Shown here: positions 13,445 to 27,399 of the stretch, piece by piece
Position numbering within the stretch: position 1 is the first letter of the stretch
How the letters are laid out: every line of letters starts with the position of its first letter
NCBI GenBank assembly: GCA_016748015.1
Contig: JAAOMT010000201.1
Location: forward strand, 380,224-444,223
DNA length: 64,000 nucleotides
Reading direction: 5' to 3'
Source: Geosiphon pyriformis uo1
Lineage: Eukaryota > Fungi > Glomeromycota
Notes under the pieces: generated by a model
The model's input: the letters and a program-made list of their open reading frames with translations, nothing else
What the model was told of the DNA's origin: nothing
Databases searched by the model: none
Position numbers and translations under genes: made by a program

Positions 13445-15396
13445 TATAAGCATTAAAAAAATCAAATAAAACTAATACTATATTTTTTTACAAAAAAAAA
13501 GTTTCAAATCAAAAATCAAAAATCATCAAAGAAATTAGTTATATTAGTTTTAAAAAAAAATTGCTTTATCTTTTTTAACTTTTTTTATCTAAACAATAAT
13601 AAAAAAGTTGAATTTAAAAAAATAACTTTGTTATTAATTTTTTGTTAAAAACTTTTAAACTTTTAATAAAAATAGTAATTACATTAAATTTATTATTAAT
13701 TGTTTATTTAAAAAGAGCTTTATATAAGAAAAAACTTTTACTTAAAGCCAACAAAAATGTTTTTTTTAGCAATCAAAGACTGTTTTGTATTTTTATTACT
13801 TAAAAAAATATTTAAATATATCATAAAACACACTTTAAATTTTTATTTATCTAAATTTAACTATTGTTAAAAAAGGTTTATTATTATTTTTAAATTTCAA
13901 AAGTTTTTTAATATTGTTATTAATAATTCGGTATTTAAAAATTATTATATTATTTAGTTTTTTAAAATAATTTTGTTAAATTAGTATGTTTAAACTGTTA
14001 ATTGATTTGTTGTGTTTTCTGTAAAAATTAATTTAACAATTTTTTTTTTAAACTGATATAAATCTGTACTTTATTGGATATTTTAACTTAATACCTTGTA
14101 AATTTTAATAAAGTTTTTGTTTACTTGTTTGGAAAAAAGTAAAACTTTATAAATTATTAAAAACTGTTAAAACTTACAAGTTTAATGCTTATATTAGTAA
14201 TTTGTAATATTGGTGTTTTAGTTTAATATATTTATAATTAATCTAGATAATTAGCTATATGTAAAAAGTACATAACTTACATTAACTTTAAGCAGTATAT
14301 TTACATAACAAAAAAATATTAATGAATTTATGCATTTTTTTATGCTTATTAATAAATATTGATTTTGCTAAAAAAATATTTTTTACATTAAAAAAATCTC
14401 AATCAATATATTGAAATAATGTTTATAATGTATTTTTTTAGATTTTTTGCAAATAACTATTTTTATCTATTAAAATAGTAAACAATTATTAAAAAAGTAG
14501 CAAAAAAATCATCACCTCTAGCCATCTACTTAATTTTTAATGAAATCTGTCATAATTTAACTAATATTGGTTATATTGAATGTGATTTTTTTGAAATAGA
14601 TTTTTTCTGTTACATACTTTATATATTTATTATTTTATATTTAATTATATTATTTAATCTAAATTTTTATTGATATATTTTTTAGAAAAGTAAATAAAAC
14701 AAAGAAATGGTATGAGAAATTTCAAAATTAGTATATTGGTTGTTATTTTTAAAAAACTTTTTCTTTAAACAATGACAATTATTATTATTATTATTATTAT
14801 TATAAAGATATATTATTTGATCTTGTGAATATTAATAATTTCAAACAAAAATATACAGTAATAATAATAATAATAATTATAAAACAGTTTATAGAAATAA
14901 AAAAGTTTTATATATTAAATTTATTAAAATGTAAGATGAAGAAAGCATTATTTATGTGTCTACCTTAATTTTAGTTTTTGATATCTATTAAAACAAAAGA
15001 AAATATATAACACCAGACTAATTTTCAAACATAGTCAATTAAGAAAAATGATATTTGAGAATTTGTTACCCAGATTTCTATCGAATAGACAATTGCTCAA
15101 TTTTCAAACTATTGAATTAGCAAAAACAATAAACTAATTTTTAGCCCTTATTAATAAAAAAAAGCTATTGTTTTAACGATGATTTTAAAAGCAGCTTTTC
15201 CGGGAGATAATATTAATCAAGTTTAATACTGAGCATCTTTCGAGTTATCTCGATTTGATGGTATTATTTTAACGTCATGATGTAGTATAAAGAATTGATT
15301 TGTCAATGTATTCAGAAAATATTGAATAAATTGACAATGATTTATATTATTGAGATATTGTAAAACTTTCCATTTATTCAACCAAATCTTAGGTTT

Positions 15397-16126
15397 ATGG
15401 CATCATCCTCCTTGCCTCCCAACTACGATCCCTCCGCAGCTTCTGCGAGATTGGAGGTCTAAAAATATTAGATGACAAATTATCACGTCATTTTCATGGC
15501 ATAAAATTTTTTTTTCGATCATAAATTTATAGAAATTAATTTGGGAAGGAACGACGTGGCCTGCTGGCTTGCTTTCACCTTTATTTTGCTCATCAAGTGA
15601 GTTTAGGATTATCTACCAGCTTGATCTTTGATATTTGTGCCTTTGAAATAAAACTTGGGAAATTGTTTTGACCTGTGATAGCTAAGTGGCGAATTACTGA
15701 TAGGCGGATCGAGTACACAGCTGGATTCTGCGGAAGTGAGGAGAGTACTCTGGTAGATTTTATGTTTCTATTTTTTGATATTTCTGGAGTTACATGAATG
15801 ATACGTTATTATAATCAATTTTTTTTTTTTAAAAGGATGTTCGTCGAATCACAGATCTTCAATTCCAACGATCACTTTTTCAGTTATTGTTGGGCCGTGG
15901 GACCTTTATAATTTATTCCGCGTATGCAAAAATTTCTCACAAAAACTCAAGTAAGAAATTCTAAAAATTCATTAAACGTTTGAAATTTTTTAGAGATAAC
16001 ACGGATCCAAAATTGGAAATCTCTACTTGGGGGATGAAACAAGTTTATTACGAATTAAAGGAGTCCTGGTTAGGGCAAAGAAAAGTTCCTGCCGCTATAA
16101 TTGAGTATGAACACTCTCCTTACTGA
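15397..16126 (+). CDS. Five-exon gene, 137 aa, bacterial PH domain (bPH_2/YdbS-like) protein
   Basis: Exons 15397-15456, 15533-15596, 15682-15752, 15836-15921, 15994-16126; all introns GT..AG and the frame stays open (414 nt). Protein: MASSSLPPNYDPSAASARLEKLIWEGTTWPAGLLSPLFCSSTKWRITDRRIEYTAGFCGSEESTLDVRRITDLQFQRSLFQLLLGRGTFIIYSADNTDPKLEISTWGMKQVYYELKESWLGQRKVPAAIIEYEHSPY. Domain call is by motif recognition. Confidence 0.8.
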
Positions 16127-19100
16127 GTCGGAAAAATGACTAGAAAAGATTTCGATAAGAAAATGTACCTTTTTATAAAGGCGTTATAGAGTAAAAGTCA
16201 TTCTGCCAATGAAGCCGTTTTATGATGGAATTGTAAAAAAATTACCTATGAGTCTGATTTATTTTAAAGGATGACGCTAAATCCTTATTCTCAAATGTTT
16301 GGATCATCTTTCGCTGAATTCATTTCCAGGCGATTGATTTAAACAATCCTTTTCCTTTGGGTTAGTAAATCTTTTCTATGTTTATTATGAGATTCATTCT
16401 AAAGTTGTTATTTTTCAGGCGATGGTACAATTATTTTGAATTTTATCTGAAATTGATTTCGGTCCAACGCAATCGTAAAAAAGTTATTTTCCGTTGAGTT
16501 AATTTACTCATATCAAAGACTTGTAGTTAGTGTAATAAAATAAAAAGCATTAGAGCGTCCAAAGTTTACAACTGCTGGAGTTTCGGTGCTGTAAATGGAC
16601 AGAGATGAAAATGGTCTTTTAAGGATTTTTCTCTGGGTATTGATGCAATCTTGATCCTCTCCTTAGGGTCATACAGGAAATAACAGCTATCCCTATTATT
16701 ATCTACTATCGATGTGTTACAATCATTCAGTTTAAAAAACTCGAGCCATTATATTACATTTAAGTCAGTAGCACCTGTTCGGTAAAAAATATAATAATCC
16801 TGTCTTTATTTATAAACATTAAATTCTGTCTATTCGTTTGAAGAAGAATCATTAATGTGGAGAGAATTCTAAATAACAATGAGAAAATTGGAATTTAACA
16901 GTCAAAAATTTGGTCACAAAAATTCAAATAAAAGGTTTCAGCTTTTATTAAAAAATATGTAATAAATTATTACACTGTGAAATGAATAAAATAATTGTGT
17001 AAATATTATTTTTATAAAATTAAAAAATCCAACTATATTATTCTTTCAAATATTAAATATCAATAATTAAAAGGTGTTTGAATAGAATTATTTTTATAAT
17101 ATTTTTACAATTCAATGAATCAACGTTTTTATTAAATTATTATTTTTTTTACAATCGAAAATTTTCAAATATATACATATCATATGTTTTTTAAATATAA
17201 TTTGGTTCAAGAGAAAAATTCAAATATTAAATATTTTTAAAAATTTTTTATTATTAAGAATATTTGGCTTTTTATAAAAAATTTATATTTGTTGAATTAA
17301 ATACAATTTAAAAACAGTTTATAAAAAAAATTTTTCTGGTCAAATCTTTTGTTATATTTCAATTTTTATCTTTTAAAGTAAATTATTAAAAGTATTATTT
17401 TTCAATTGATATGTAAATTTTATAATTTTTATAACTGTTTAGAAAATCTTATTTAAAAAATGATTTTATTAAAGCTTCAATATATTTAAATTGAAAAAAA
17501 AATTTAAAAAATAAAATTTCATAACTTTTATTAAATAAAAATAAAACCCAATACTTACTTAAATTTCGACGACTTGAACTTACATTTAACATTACAAAAT
17601 TGTACACTCTTGCCAATTTTTAATGTAAATTCAACTTTATAGTTCAACTTCATTTTTCTTGGACATGCTATTTAAAAATTGCAAATAAAATGGTCATTAG
17701 TTAATTTGAGATCACATTATTTAAAATAAATTTCTTGAAGTTGCGATTGAAATTATAAGTTTGAAATAAAAAAATTATTGCTAAAAATTGATTTATATAA
17801 TCTCATTAATATGAGCTATTTTTATGTTGTAACATCTTTTTTGAAAGTTATATATAAAAAAAAGCCTATTGAACAAATAAAATTTTGTCCTGAATTAAAA
17901 TATTTTTCAAATGAACCTTTAATAATATTGAATATTCATGAAAATTAAGAAATGTAACATAGATCTATCAAATATGATGATTAAATAAAAACCCTAGATT
18001 TAAAAAAGAAATTAATGTACATTTTATAAAAAAAAAATTAAATTATCTACAAATTCTTAAGAACCAATTTCTAGTTATCCTAAAAATACTTATTATTATT
18101 ATTATTAAATGATTATAATCTTTACCAAAATGATTTTTTGGTTTCGTATTTATTTTTTCATTTAATTGTTATTTCTAATTTGGTTTTTCTATAAAGTGTT
18201 TTCTTATAAACTGTTTCAAGGATTTACAGCCACCATTTATAAAAGGTGATATTAGAAAGGAAACGGTTTTTTTTAGTAAATCTCCTGTGATAAAATTTTC
18301 AGTTTCATTTATTTCCAGTACGAAAAACAACAAAAGTTTGATCTCTCTTTGTTTTTGTTTTTGTTTTTTAATGACCATTAAATTTTTAATGAATCCAGAT
18401 ATTCAATAAAGAAAATTCCAAACAAATATTTTTAGTAATATTATTTAAGATGAATTGTATGCTCATATGAAAAAAATTATTTTTTAAAATCGGGTAAAAG
18501 TTAAAAAGAAAAATTTTAAATCACAGCAACTTCTTTTTCAGGCTTTATCAGGCTTTACAATCGGGCGTTTGTCATAATCGTTTATAAAAAAAAAAATCCA
18601 ATATTGAAATGGTTAATGATCATGATATTTTTAGAACACCCATCTCAAGATTTAGTTAGACCCAAAACAATTGTGCTTCTCGGGGGCTCAGTCCCGGAGA
18701 TTACTAAAAGGGAACATCGGATATTCGCTGACCCCCGTCATCACACTTATGTATTACAAAATACGTTCTAAATATAGAAAACGTATTTGCCAAGGCTAAA
18801 TAATGTTGATCAAAGTTCTGTTCGAGTTTCGTTTAAATTTAAAAGGCTTTATCTATAGCGATTTGTATGTTTTATTAATATTGATATTTGGTTATATGAA
18901 TTATTATTATTATTATTAAATGTTGAAATATTCAATGTTTATTTTTAATACCGCCACTGAAAAACATAATGAAACATGAAAATGATAAAAGATAAAACCA
19001 TCTTGTCTGTTTAAATATGAATCCTGTTTCATTTATGAATAGATACAACTCATCGTTCCATATCTATTATTTTGAAGGATTCATCAAAAATAAACAAAAA

Positions 19101-20510
19101 ATTACCAAACAAAAACTAAAAATTGGTAACTTTTAACATTTTCAAACGTATCTGAAATTTATCCCCTTGTCAATAACAAACTGAAAAGCAAATGAATCCC
19201 CGAATTTTATATATTAAGGCTAGCTTCAGGGATTATTTATATTCAAAGTCAGCTCATCATGTAAGCATTCTCTTAAGGCTATTTTTTTTTATTTCTTTAA
19301 AAATTCAGTTAAAAAGAATCTACCTTATTTGTGACACAATGTGAATCTATTCTTTACAATCATATTAGGCAAAGGAATTTTTTATAAAGTAAAAGATCTT
19401 CTTTGAAAAACAGGATAATAATTATATCGGATTATAGTTGGAATTGCCATTTGGAGTTTACTTCGGAGTTGAGAGTTGAGAGTTGCGATTGCGTTGAATG
19501 AAAAAACCGCGCAAAATCAAAATGCCTCCATGAGTATGTCAACAGCTTGCATTTGATCGTGTAACCAATGTAAATTTTTGACCTGCCATATTAGAAGTTC
19601 AAAATCAGGTTTTCTACTGGCTATTGATCATATAATTAAACATAAAATATTAAAAGAAAAAATCTTATTATTATTCCACAAGGAATATTTATTTGTAAAA
19701 ATTATTAATTTCCATGGCAGGATTTTCAGCCAAAGAAAATGAGGATCCAGCATGATTTTTTCAATAAATTAATTACTGTCGAGTAACCAGTTGAATCGGT
19801 ATCAAAGTAAAACCAACGTTTTACTGGAAGAAATAAACGCAACGCGCTATAAACTGATTGTCGACGCGTAAAACACAATTTTCAAGTCGTCTTAAAATAT
19901 CTTAGGAGCTGCATCAAGGGATTTACCAAATAGAACAATGTAATTTTTTTGTTGTTGAGCGCAAGAGATCTGAAATTGTTTATCTGTATTCAACTCTTTT
20001 AGCATGACAATTGATATTCAAAAGAGACCACGTAAAAAAAAAAAAAAAAAATTTAATTCATAAAGAACAATGTATGTTTGCAGAGTGACAATTTGTGTCA
20101 AGGTACGCTGAATAGTAATTGACAAAAAGAAATTATGAAACGAGACTAATTTGACCCGGTAATAACCGATAATAAATTTTTTTAAAATTCTAGAATATTT
20201 CACGTATGCTCTTTGACATTGTCCAGTTACGTATTGTTTTAAAATTGATTTTTCGATTGTAAGATTGAAATAAAATTTTTGACCAATCGCATAAATCAAA
20301 GATCCAAAGAGAATCTCTAATCGAAAATCACTTATTCAGGGATCTAGAGAGTTTTGATTGGTTCTAACCAAGTATAAGATTCAATTGGGGGTTTTTAAAC
20401 AAAGAACAAAAATATATCAAGTTTAAATCGGATTATTAAGAAAATGGGGTCTAAAAAATATTTGAATTGAATAGAAATGAAGTGATGGTGAAATGAAAGG
20501 GATTATCACC

Positions 20511-20567
<57 letters not shown>

Positions 20568-21968
20568 GGTGAAAAGGAAAACTCACTATATTTTTCAAAG
20601 TCACAATATATAAATTAAAATTTACTAGATTTTTTTGACTAAAATAATTTTTTTTATTAATACCAAAAGTTTTAAAATTATACATCAAATATAAAACTTG
20701 ACGTGACAAAACATAAAATATTTCCAAGAAAAAAAAAAGAAAAGAAAAAAGAACCATTTTTAACCGAAAATGTTGAAAATAAGGAGATATATGTTAAATG
20801 TAACATATTATATTTCTAACCGCCTTCGTCGATTAATCCTAGAGATGATGAAATTATGACGAATTTTCAACATTAATTTTTCCCATACAACCTACTTAAA
20901 TTTGCATGTCAATTTGTGACTTTTATGGATAAATCATTTTTCGCGTGGCTAGAAAACTTGCCAAAAAGTTCAGGGTCTTTTTGAGATAGAAAAAATAATT
21001 TGACAATTATAATACCAACTGGGAATTTTCTTTTTTTTAATGTCAGTTTTTTTATTTTAATTATGATATTATGAAAATACTTCAAAGATTGAAAGAATTT
21101 TATGATTACAAATATACTTTACACACTTACGTATCATATTTCTTTTATTGAATAACATGGTGGTAAAGATATTATCTCATTCTCACCAAAGTTTTACTTT
21201 AAATGAACTCTGTTTCTAAATTGCAAGTTTTTTTTATTTTATTTTATTTTATTTTATTTTATTTACAGAAGGAAGAAAAAAAATAAATCTCTTGTCTTCC
21301 CAAAATCTTGACACGATATTTTTAATTACTTGCGTCTTGTTAAATCATATGGAAAAAAAATGCTTCTTTTTGTCCTTGAATAAGCTTTAATGTGACTAGA
21401 TAAAACTAAATTTTTCTTTGCAGATAAATAATATTTCAATTCAAAAAATGTAATTGTAGTAGATTACGATTGGAGAAATAAAGTTTAATGAAGTGCATCA
21501 TCAACGTGATGAATTTTTTTCTTTGAAGCATGGACCCTTCTTTTACCTACAAGTTTAAATTCGTTGTCGGTCTCTTCGCATGGCAGTAGATCTCATTCTA
21601 TATATGTCAGCAGGGATTTTCAGTTCAGATACTTCATGCATTCGGAAAAAGGTCTTGATAACGTAGGTAGATCACTTTTGATAATGGCGGAGTTTAGACG
21701 GATAGTGGCTAATGTCTCGCCTCGGAAGAATAACGAAAACTGGTTTAAAACCACTTATATGTAAAGGCAACATTACGCACTTTTAATTATTCAATGAATA
21801 AAGAGATGCTTCATAGAGATTCTTGTTTAGAAATGGGATAGGAAGTTTAGTAACTCTAATTTCTGGGGATTTTACAAATGATCGGAGTCATAACTTCCTG
21901 CCGTACGATGATGCCCGTCTATACCGGCAATGCATTATCGATCAAAAGGTATCGTGTACGGTCATTTC

Positions 21969-22049
21969 CATAATCATAATCATCATCAACATCATCATCA
22001 TCATCAACATCATCATCATCATCAACATCAACATCAACATCATCATCAT
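21969..22049. repeat. Imperfect (CAT/CAA)n microsatellite
   Basis: cataatcataatcatcatcaacatcatcatcat...; produces the poly-His and poly-Ile ORFs in the track. Confidence 0.85.
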
Positions 22050-23506
22050 AAAATCTTTGAAAAATACTTTTTGTATTTCTTATTTAAAACTATTCAATCG
22101 AGAAATCATTTAACTAACCAATTTGAAGTATATCATTTCCCTCAGTATCTCATGAGATCATTTAAATCATGTGAAAATAAACATTGTACCACCATATGTC
22201 TTATCATGGTCACGTTTCCTAATACAATTTGAAACATTTCTGACGGTATCAGATGATCATGTATGTTCATTTGAACATTTTTTTTTTTTTTTTTTGAAAC
22301 TGCAACGTGAAAGCAAAATTTAATGACACATGAAAAATTCTCCATGATTTGGTTTAATCTGCAAGAAATTTTTTTTTTAAATGAATTTATGTTACCAATG
22401 GTTCTCAAAAAAATTCATTTGAGAAAAGCAGTAAAATTGAGTCGTACTTTAATTTCTTTGGTTGAAACATGAGAATTTTGTCCGAACCACATCAAAGAGT
22501 AGCAACACGAGGAGTCAACAATACTGCATCATAAGTTCGTTGTATGAAACGTTTGATTAATAAAAAAAAATTTTTCACGATGGTTTCTTTGGTGCCTGTG
22601 ACAAACAGAAGATGATTTTCTGCTTTTGAGAAAAATTAAATTTTCAAACACTTTAGGAGTCACCAAAATTATTATTATTATTATTATTTTTTTTAGCTAA
22701 TCAAGTAAATCCGAAAAACAAAGAAAAATACAGCTAAAATATGTTTATTTACATTATATTAATATTTACATTTACAAATGGGAAAATATTAACAGTTATT
22801 TTAGTTAAAGTTTCATTTAATGTTAATACGGTGAAAAAAGGCTAGAATTTAGAGCAACTTTGCTTGTTTGTTTTTCATTTTACCTATTTGAAAAATGAAT
22901 TGTCAACACATAAACTTTTATTTAATTTAATTTAATTTAATTTAATTTAACTTAATTTTAATCATTCTACCTATTAAAATTATTATAACTTTTAAAACTA
23001 AGTTACTTAGACATCATTTTTCATACCTTTTCTAAATTTTGTATACTTAACAAACTTCTTTTGAACTATACAATTAGAAAAGTATAATAGGATTTAAAAA
23101 TTAACAATACATGGATTGTGTTTGCTTTATGATCTTTTGTGTTATGTCCGTGTTTATATTTAGAAATTTGTTGATAGTAAATCCCTGGTATAAATAACAA
23201 TATCCTTATTCACGTAACTTTATTCCTGTATTACTAAATCTATGCTGAGATTCATTAAGAAAAATAGAATGGATATAATGTGTTACTTAATTTATTTCCA
23301 TTTAAGGAACAATGCAAAAATCTTTGAATATTATTAATAGATATTGGATTAAAGACCATCCAAAAATTCTCGTTTGAAACAATTTAAATACTAAATATTA
23401 AACAGATTTTCATAATACTTTCCAAAAAGTACAATCATATTTCTCGTTTAAATAAATTGGGAACCTTTTCATGAAAACAATAAATATCACGTGTTGTTCT
23501 ATACCC

Positions 23507-23540
<34 letters not shown>

Positions 23541-25968
23541 AATGCCCCAAAATGCGTCATTATTCGATTACCGCGCTTTTTTGCCTGGGTCATTTCACAT
23601 TGTACATGACATAAATGATCGACATCATAATAAAATATCAAAAAAGACAATGACCATCAGGGGAATATCGGTTTTTAATCTAGGCAACATTGTATGCACA
23701 AGAGTGGCAAGTGCAACAAGAGATCCTAGTTTGTGGCTCAAGATGAAACTTATTGAGGGATACCCTCATTGTGCAATTATTTATTTAAAAATCATTGTTA
23801 TTGACGATACGGCCGGTGGCGAATACCTTTGCAATTGGCGTTAATTTTTTTTTTTTTTTTTTTTTTTTGCCAAGCCCTTGAAAAAGTAAAACTTGGTAAT
23901 TCTATAATGAAATGTTCAAGGTATTGACTCTTTTAGATGAAAAATAACCGGGAAGAAAAAGAGGGCGTATTTTTGCTACTAAATTATGCAATTGTAAAAC
24001 TTTTTTAGGATTAGTAAAAAAAAAAGGTTGAATAAAGCTTTCAAAAAGTATTAAAACTAAAAATAATTGCTTTCTATATAATATATTAGAGATTTATAAG
24101 CAGAAATTCATTAAAAAAATCCCCCAAATAGATGAACCAAAAAAAAAATGTCAACTTAAAAATTTTGTGGCTCCAGGAAAAGAAACGTTTTGAGGCTTTA
24201 GCCAAAGCAAAATAGTTTGAAATATTGAAAAAAAAAAAATTTCTTAAAATATTTCACAAATCATTTTTTACCATAAAAAAAGTTTCTTGGACACATTTTT
24301 AATTATAATATCTGGAAATAAAAGGTCAGACTACAACTTCCTACGAGTTGAATGAAATTTTTTTTATATCTTAGCTTCTATGGTTATTAAAGTATTATGA
24401 AGTTATAAATTTTTATAATAAAAAAAATAATAAAAAAATCTTTAGCAAAATGAGGCGCAGTAAATAAATGAAAAATAGCCGATTAAAAATAAAATTTTAA
24501 TGAATTAATCAACAAGCCTTCTCAATTCTACTCGTTTATATTTTAATATTAAAATTTTTAATTATTCAAATCCCCCATTCATTAATTCTATTTCGTAAAA
24601 ACATTTCTCCTACTATTCCTTTATTAAGAAGAAAAAAAAAAGGTTTTAGAAACTTTATCAAAATTTGGGAATATTTTTAACGAAAATATGAAAATAATAT
24701 TGATATTTACAAATTATAATTAGCAATCTGAAAAACATAAATTTGATTCAAGACTTTAGAATTCGGGTGACAAATCATAAATTCACTTAAAGTAATAAAA
24801 TTACTTGAATCGTAATAAATTGTAAATACAAACAAAAAAACAATCTTTTTTTTTTTTCCAAACACTTGAAAACAATTTGCTCTAAACAAAAATTAATAAT
24901 GACGCCACGTTGAAATGGTTACAGGTGAAAAATAAGGCCGAAACTGGTGATGTCAAAATATTAAAGGAACTAATGGGTTTCTTGAAACCAAAAATATTTT
25001 GACCGGGGCATAAATTACACAAGTTTTCTATCTTTATATCCGGAAATTACAATTAATATCTAAGAATAGTCTGGAGGTTTTTTATTTTCAAAGAATCGTA
25101 TGGTCATTTTATTCATTTATTCTTTATATTATAATATTATTTAAATTTAAATTCAATCCTTTATAATTTCTCAAAAAAATTATTACTAGAGCATTTAATA
25201 GGTCTCTTAAAGTATAATTGAAGAAGTATGTGAAAAAAAAAATTCACCAAAAAAGTTTTTCTTCGTTAAAAGTTTAAAGTAGAATGAATGCACAGATCGG
25301 GAATGTGATTTCGAAATTTAATTTTGGTGATAGTGAATGATATTTTGTCACATTAAAATAAAATTTATAATTATAAAATAATTTATAAAATAATTTATAA
25401 AATATTTATTATAATTATAATTATTCTTGATCTTTGAAGTATAATATACTGTTTTATTAGCTTTTATAAAAATTATACTATAAAAGTTAATATATATATA
25501 TATGTGTATATTACACTATAATAGTAGTCTAAATTGCATTTCGTGAAACCTGTGATGATCTCCGTGAAAGTTTAAAAGCACTGTCTAACGAAAAAAATTT
25601 CCAAATCCAAATCCAACAAAATAACTTCTCATCTTTCTTACTCTCTTCTTCTTCTCGTGGGACAGCTTAAACCCTGCTCACCCTATCAAAAATTATACCC
25701 ACAATTATTCTTTCACTCTAGTTCAGAAAATAAACTTGACTTTTTATTGAATACTTTTTAATAGCTGAAAATTTTTACCCACTTTTTTAAAAAATAAAAT
25801 TGTTCAAAATCAGCTTTTAGCAGATATACTTTAATTAGTTTTTTCTTACCCAACACACTAATTGTCTTTTCTTTTTGTTAAATCATTTTCTTTCCCTTCC
25901 ATTAAATTTTCTTGAAGTTTTTCCTTTGCAAAAAAGTTTCTTTCTTTCTTTAGAACAAAAACATAAAA

Positions 25969-27399
25969 ATGAGGAAATATATCGGTTTATTGATGTTTAA
26001 TGCTCCTTCAGTTAATTCAAACACTTCTTGTGTAACAACACAAAGTTTTAATAATCCGTCAACACAGGAAGTTAATTCTTCTTCATTCTACAATTCTTCC
26101 GACACAATGTTCGTCCATGAGAATCCCAATGATTATTCCAGTGAATCACTAGCAGCTGGAGCCGCAGCTGGTAACAATTCAACATCCATCGCCACAGGAG
26201 ATTCTGGTACAACGCCGGCTAAACAACCTCCAAGACCTCCGAATGCCTTTATTTTATATAGGCAAGCGAAACAGCCAGCACTTATTCAGGCTGATAAGAA
26301 CCTCACTAATGCTCAAGTGTCTCGAAAAATGGCAGATATGTGGAGAGCAGAGACAGAAGAGGAAAAACGCCTATGGGAGAAATTAGCTGACAGGAAGAAA
26401 TTAGAACATATGTTGCAATATCCAAATTACATTTATAAACCCAACAAAAACAAGAAAGTAGACCAAAAGGGAAAGAATGGTAAACAAGCAAAATCTGCTG
26501 CCGCAAAAATTTCTAAAAAATCAAGTTTAGCCACATCAAACACTCTCCCAGGAAAACCCAATAAGTCACAAACTTCGATTACCGGACCAATTAGGACAAA
26601 TTCAAAGAATGCCTCTAATCGATTGAATATGTATTCTAACCCTTCTAACCAAAGAGTCCCACCGTTTGTGCCTTCCAATGATCCCCCGACACCCCCTCAA
26701 CAAATTCAAAACCAACCTAATCAATATACCCCAATTGTCCCACATCCTCAGATGCCAATGTATAATCTCACTGATAGTTATGATATTTATTCGCAGCCAG
26801 CACAATCTCATTACCAATTAAATTCGTTGACAACTTTAACACCATCACATTCGCAAATATCTTCCTCATATGAGATTCAACCGCTACGAAATCAAGGGTT
26901 AAAAATGCGAGCAATTTATTACCCTGGAAATGTCCCGGAAGAAGAAGAATCTCAAAATCGTTATGACACTGGCAATCTGAGTTTTTGTGGGTACCCTCCA
27001 AATTATAATGATTTAACAACTAGCTTTAATTCAAGTGACGTTTACGTTCCTGATGTTGTTGAACAACAGCAACACATGATGTCAGAGTACTTGCTACATC
27101 ACACAACCACAGAACCATCAACTCCTACTAGCTGCAGCAATTCTTCTGGTTCAAATTCTCCAATCTCTACTCCATCGGTCTCTCATGAACATTTTTACCA
27201 AGGTGCTTATACTGGAACGAACACTTCGCCAGTTCAACCTTCTTGGGTACATTTACTTACTGGTGAACTTTCGAGTCAAATTGAAACTTTTGCGCCATTG
27301 TTAAATATTGATTCTGTGAATCATCAACACCAACACCAACACCAACATCAACACCAACACCAACACCAACATCATCCTCACCCCATATATCTTCACTAA
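25969..27399 (+). CDS. MATA-type HMG-box transcription factor (Rox1/Ste11/MATA_HMG group), 476 aa, intronless
   Basis: HMG box PPRPPNAFILYRQ...NAQVSRKMADMWRAE...WEKLA...EHMLQYPNYIYKP, followed by a basic tail, Ser/Pro/Gln-rich disordered regions and a terminal (HQ)n tract. Start could be the second Met. Confidence 0.95.
   Translation: MRKYIGLLMFNAPSVNSNTSCVTTQSFNNPSTQEVNSSSFYNSSDTMFVHENPNDYSSESLAAGAAAGNNSTSIATGDSGTTPAKQPPRPPNAFILYRQAKQPALIQADKNLTNAQVSRKMADMWRAETEEEKRLWEKLADRKKLEHMLQYPNYIYKPNKNKKVDQKGKNGKQAKSAAAKISKKSSLATSNTLPGKPNKSQTSITGPIRTNSKNASNRLNMYSNPSNQRVPPFVPSNDPPTPPQQIQNQPNQYTPIVPHPQMPMYNLTDSYDIYSQPAQSHYQLNSLTTLTPSHSQISSSYEIQPLRNQGLKMRAIYYPGNVPEEEESQNRYDTGNLSFCGYPPNYNDLTTSFNSSDVYVPDVVEQQQHMMSEYLLHHTTTEPSTPTSCSNSSGSNSPISTPSVSHEHFYQGAYTGTNTSPVQPSWVHLLTGELSSQIETFAPLLNIDSVNHQHQHQHQHQHQHQHQHHPHPIYLH

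Noticed and set aside
18671-18746. SECIS element on the - strand (ATGA, 12 nt, AA ... GA)
   Set aside because: The AA-to-GA distance is 42 nt, longer than canonical, and no upstream selenoprotein-like ORF is visible.
21823-22232. Poly-His and poly-Ile ORFs as metal-binding peptides
   Set aside because: Products of a (CAT)n microsatellite; flanking residues are not protein-like.
25969-27399. HMG gene as a sexP/sexM mating-type locus
   Set aside because: No flanking triose-phosphate transporter or RNA helicase; no homeodomain pair; the protein is long and looks like a general transcription factor.
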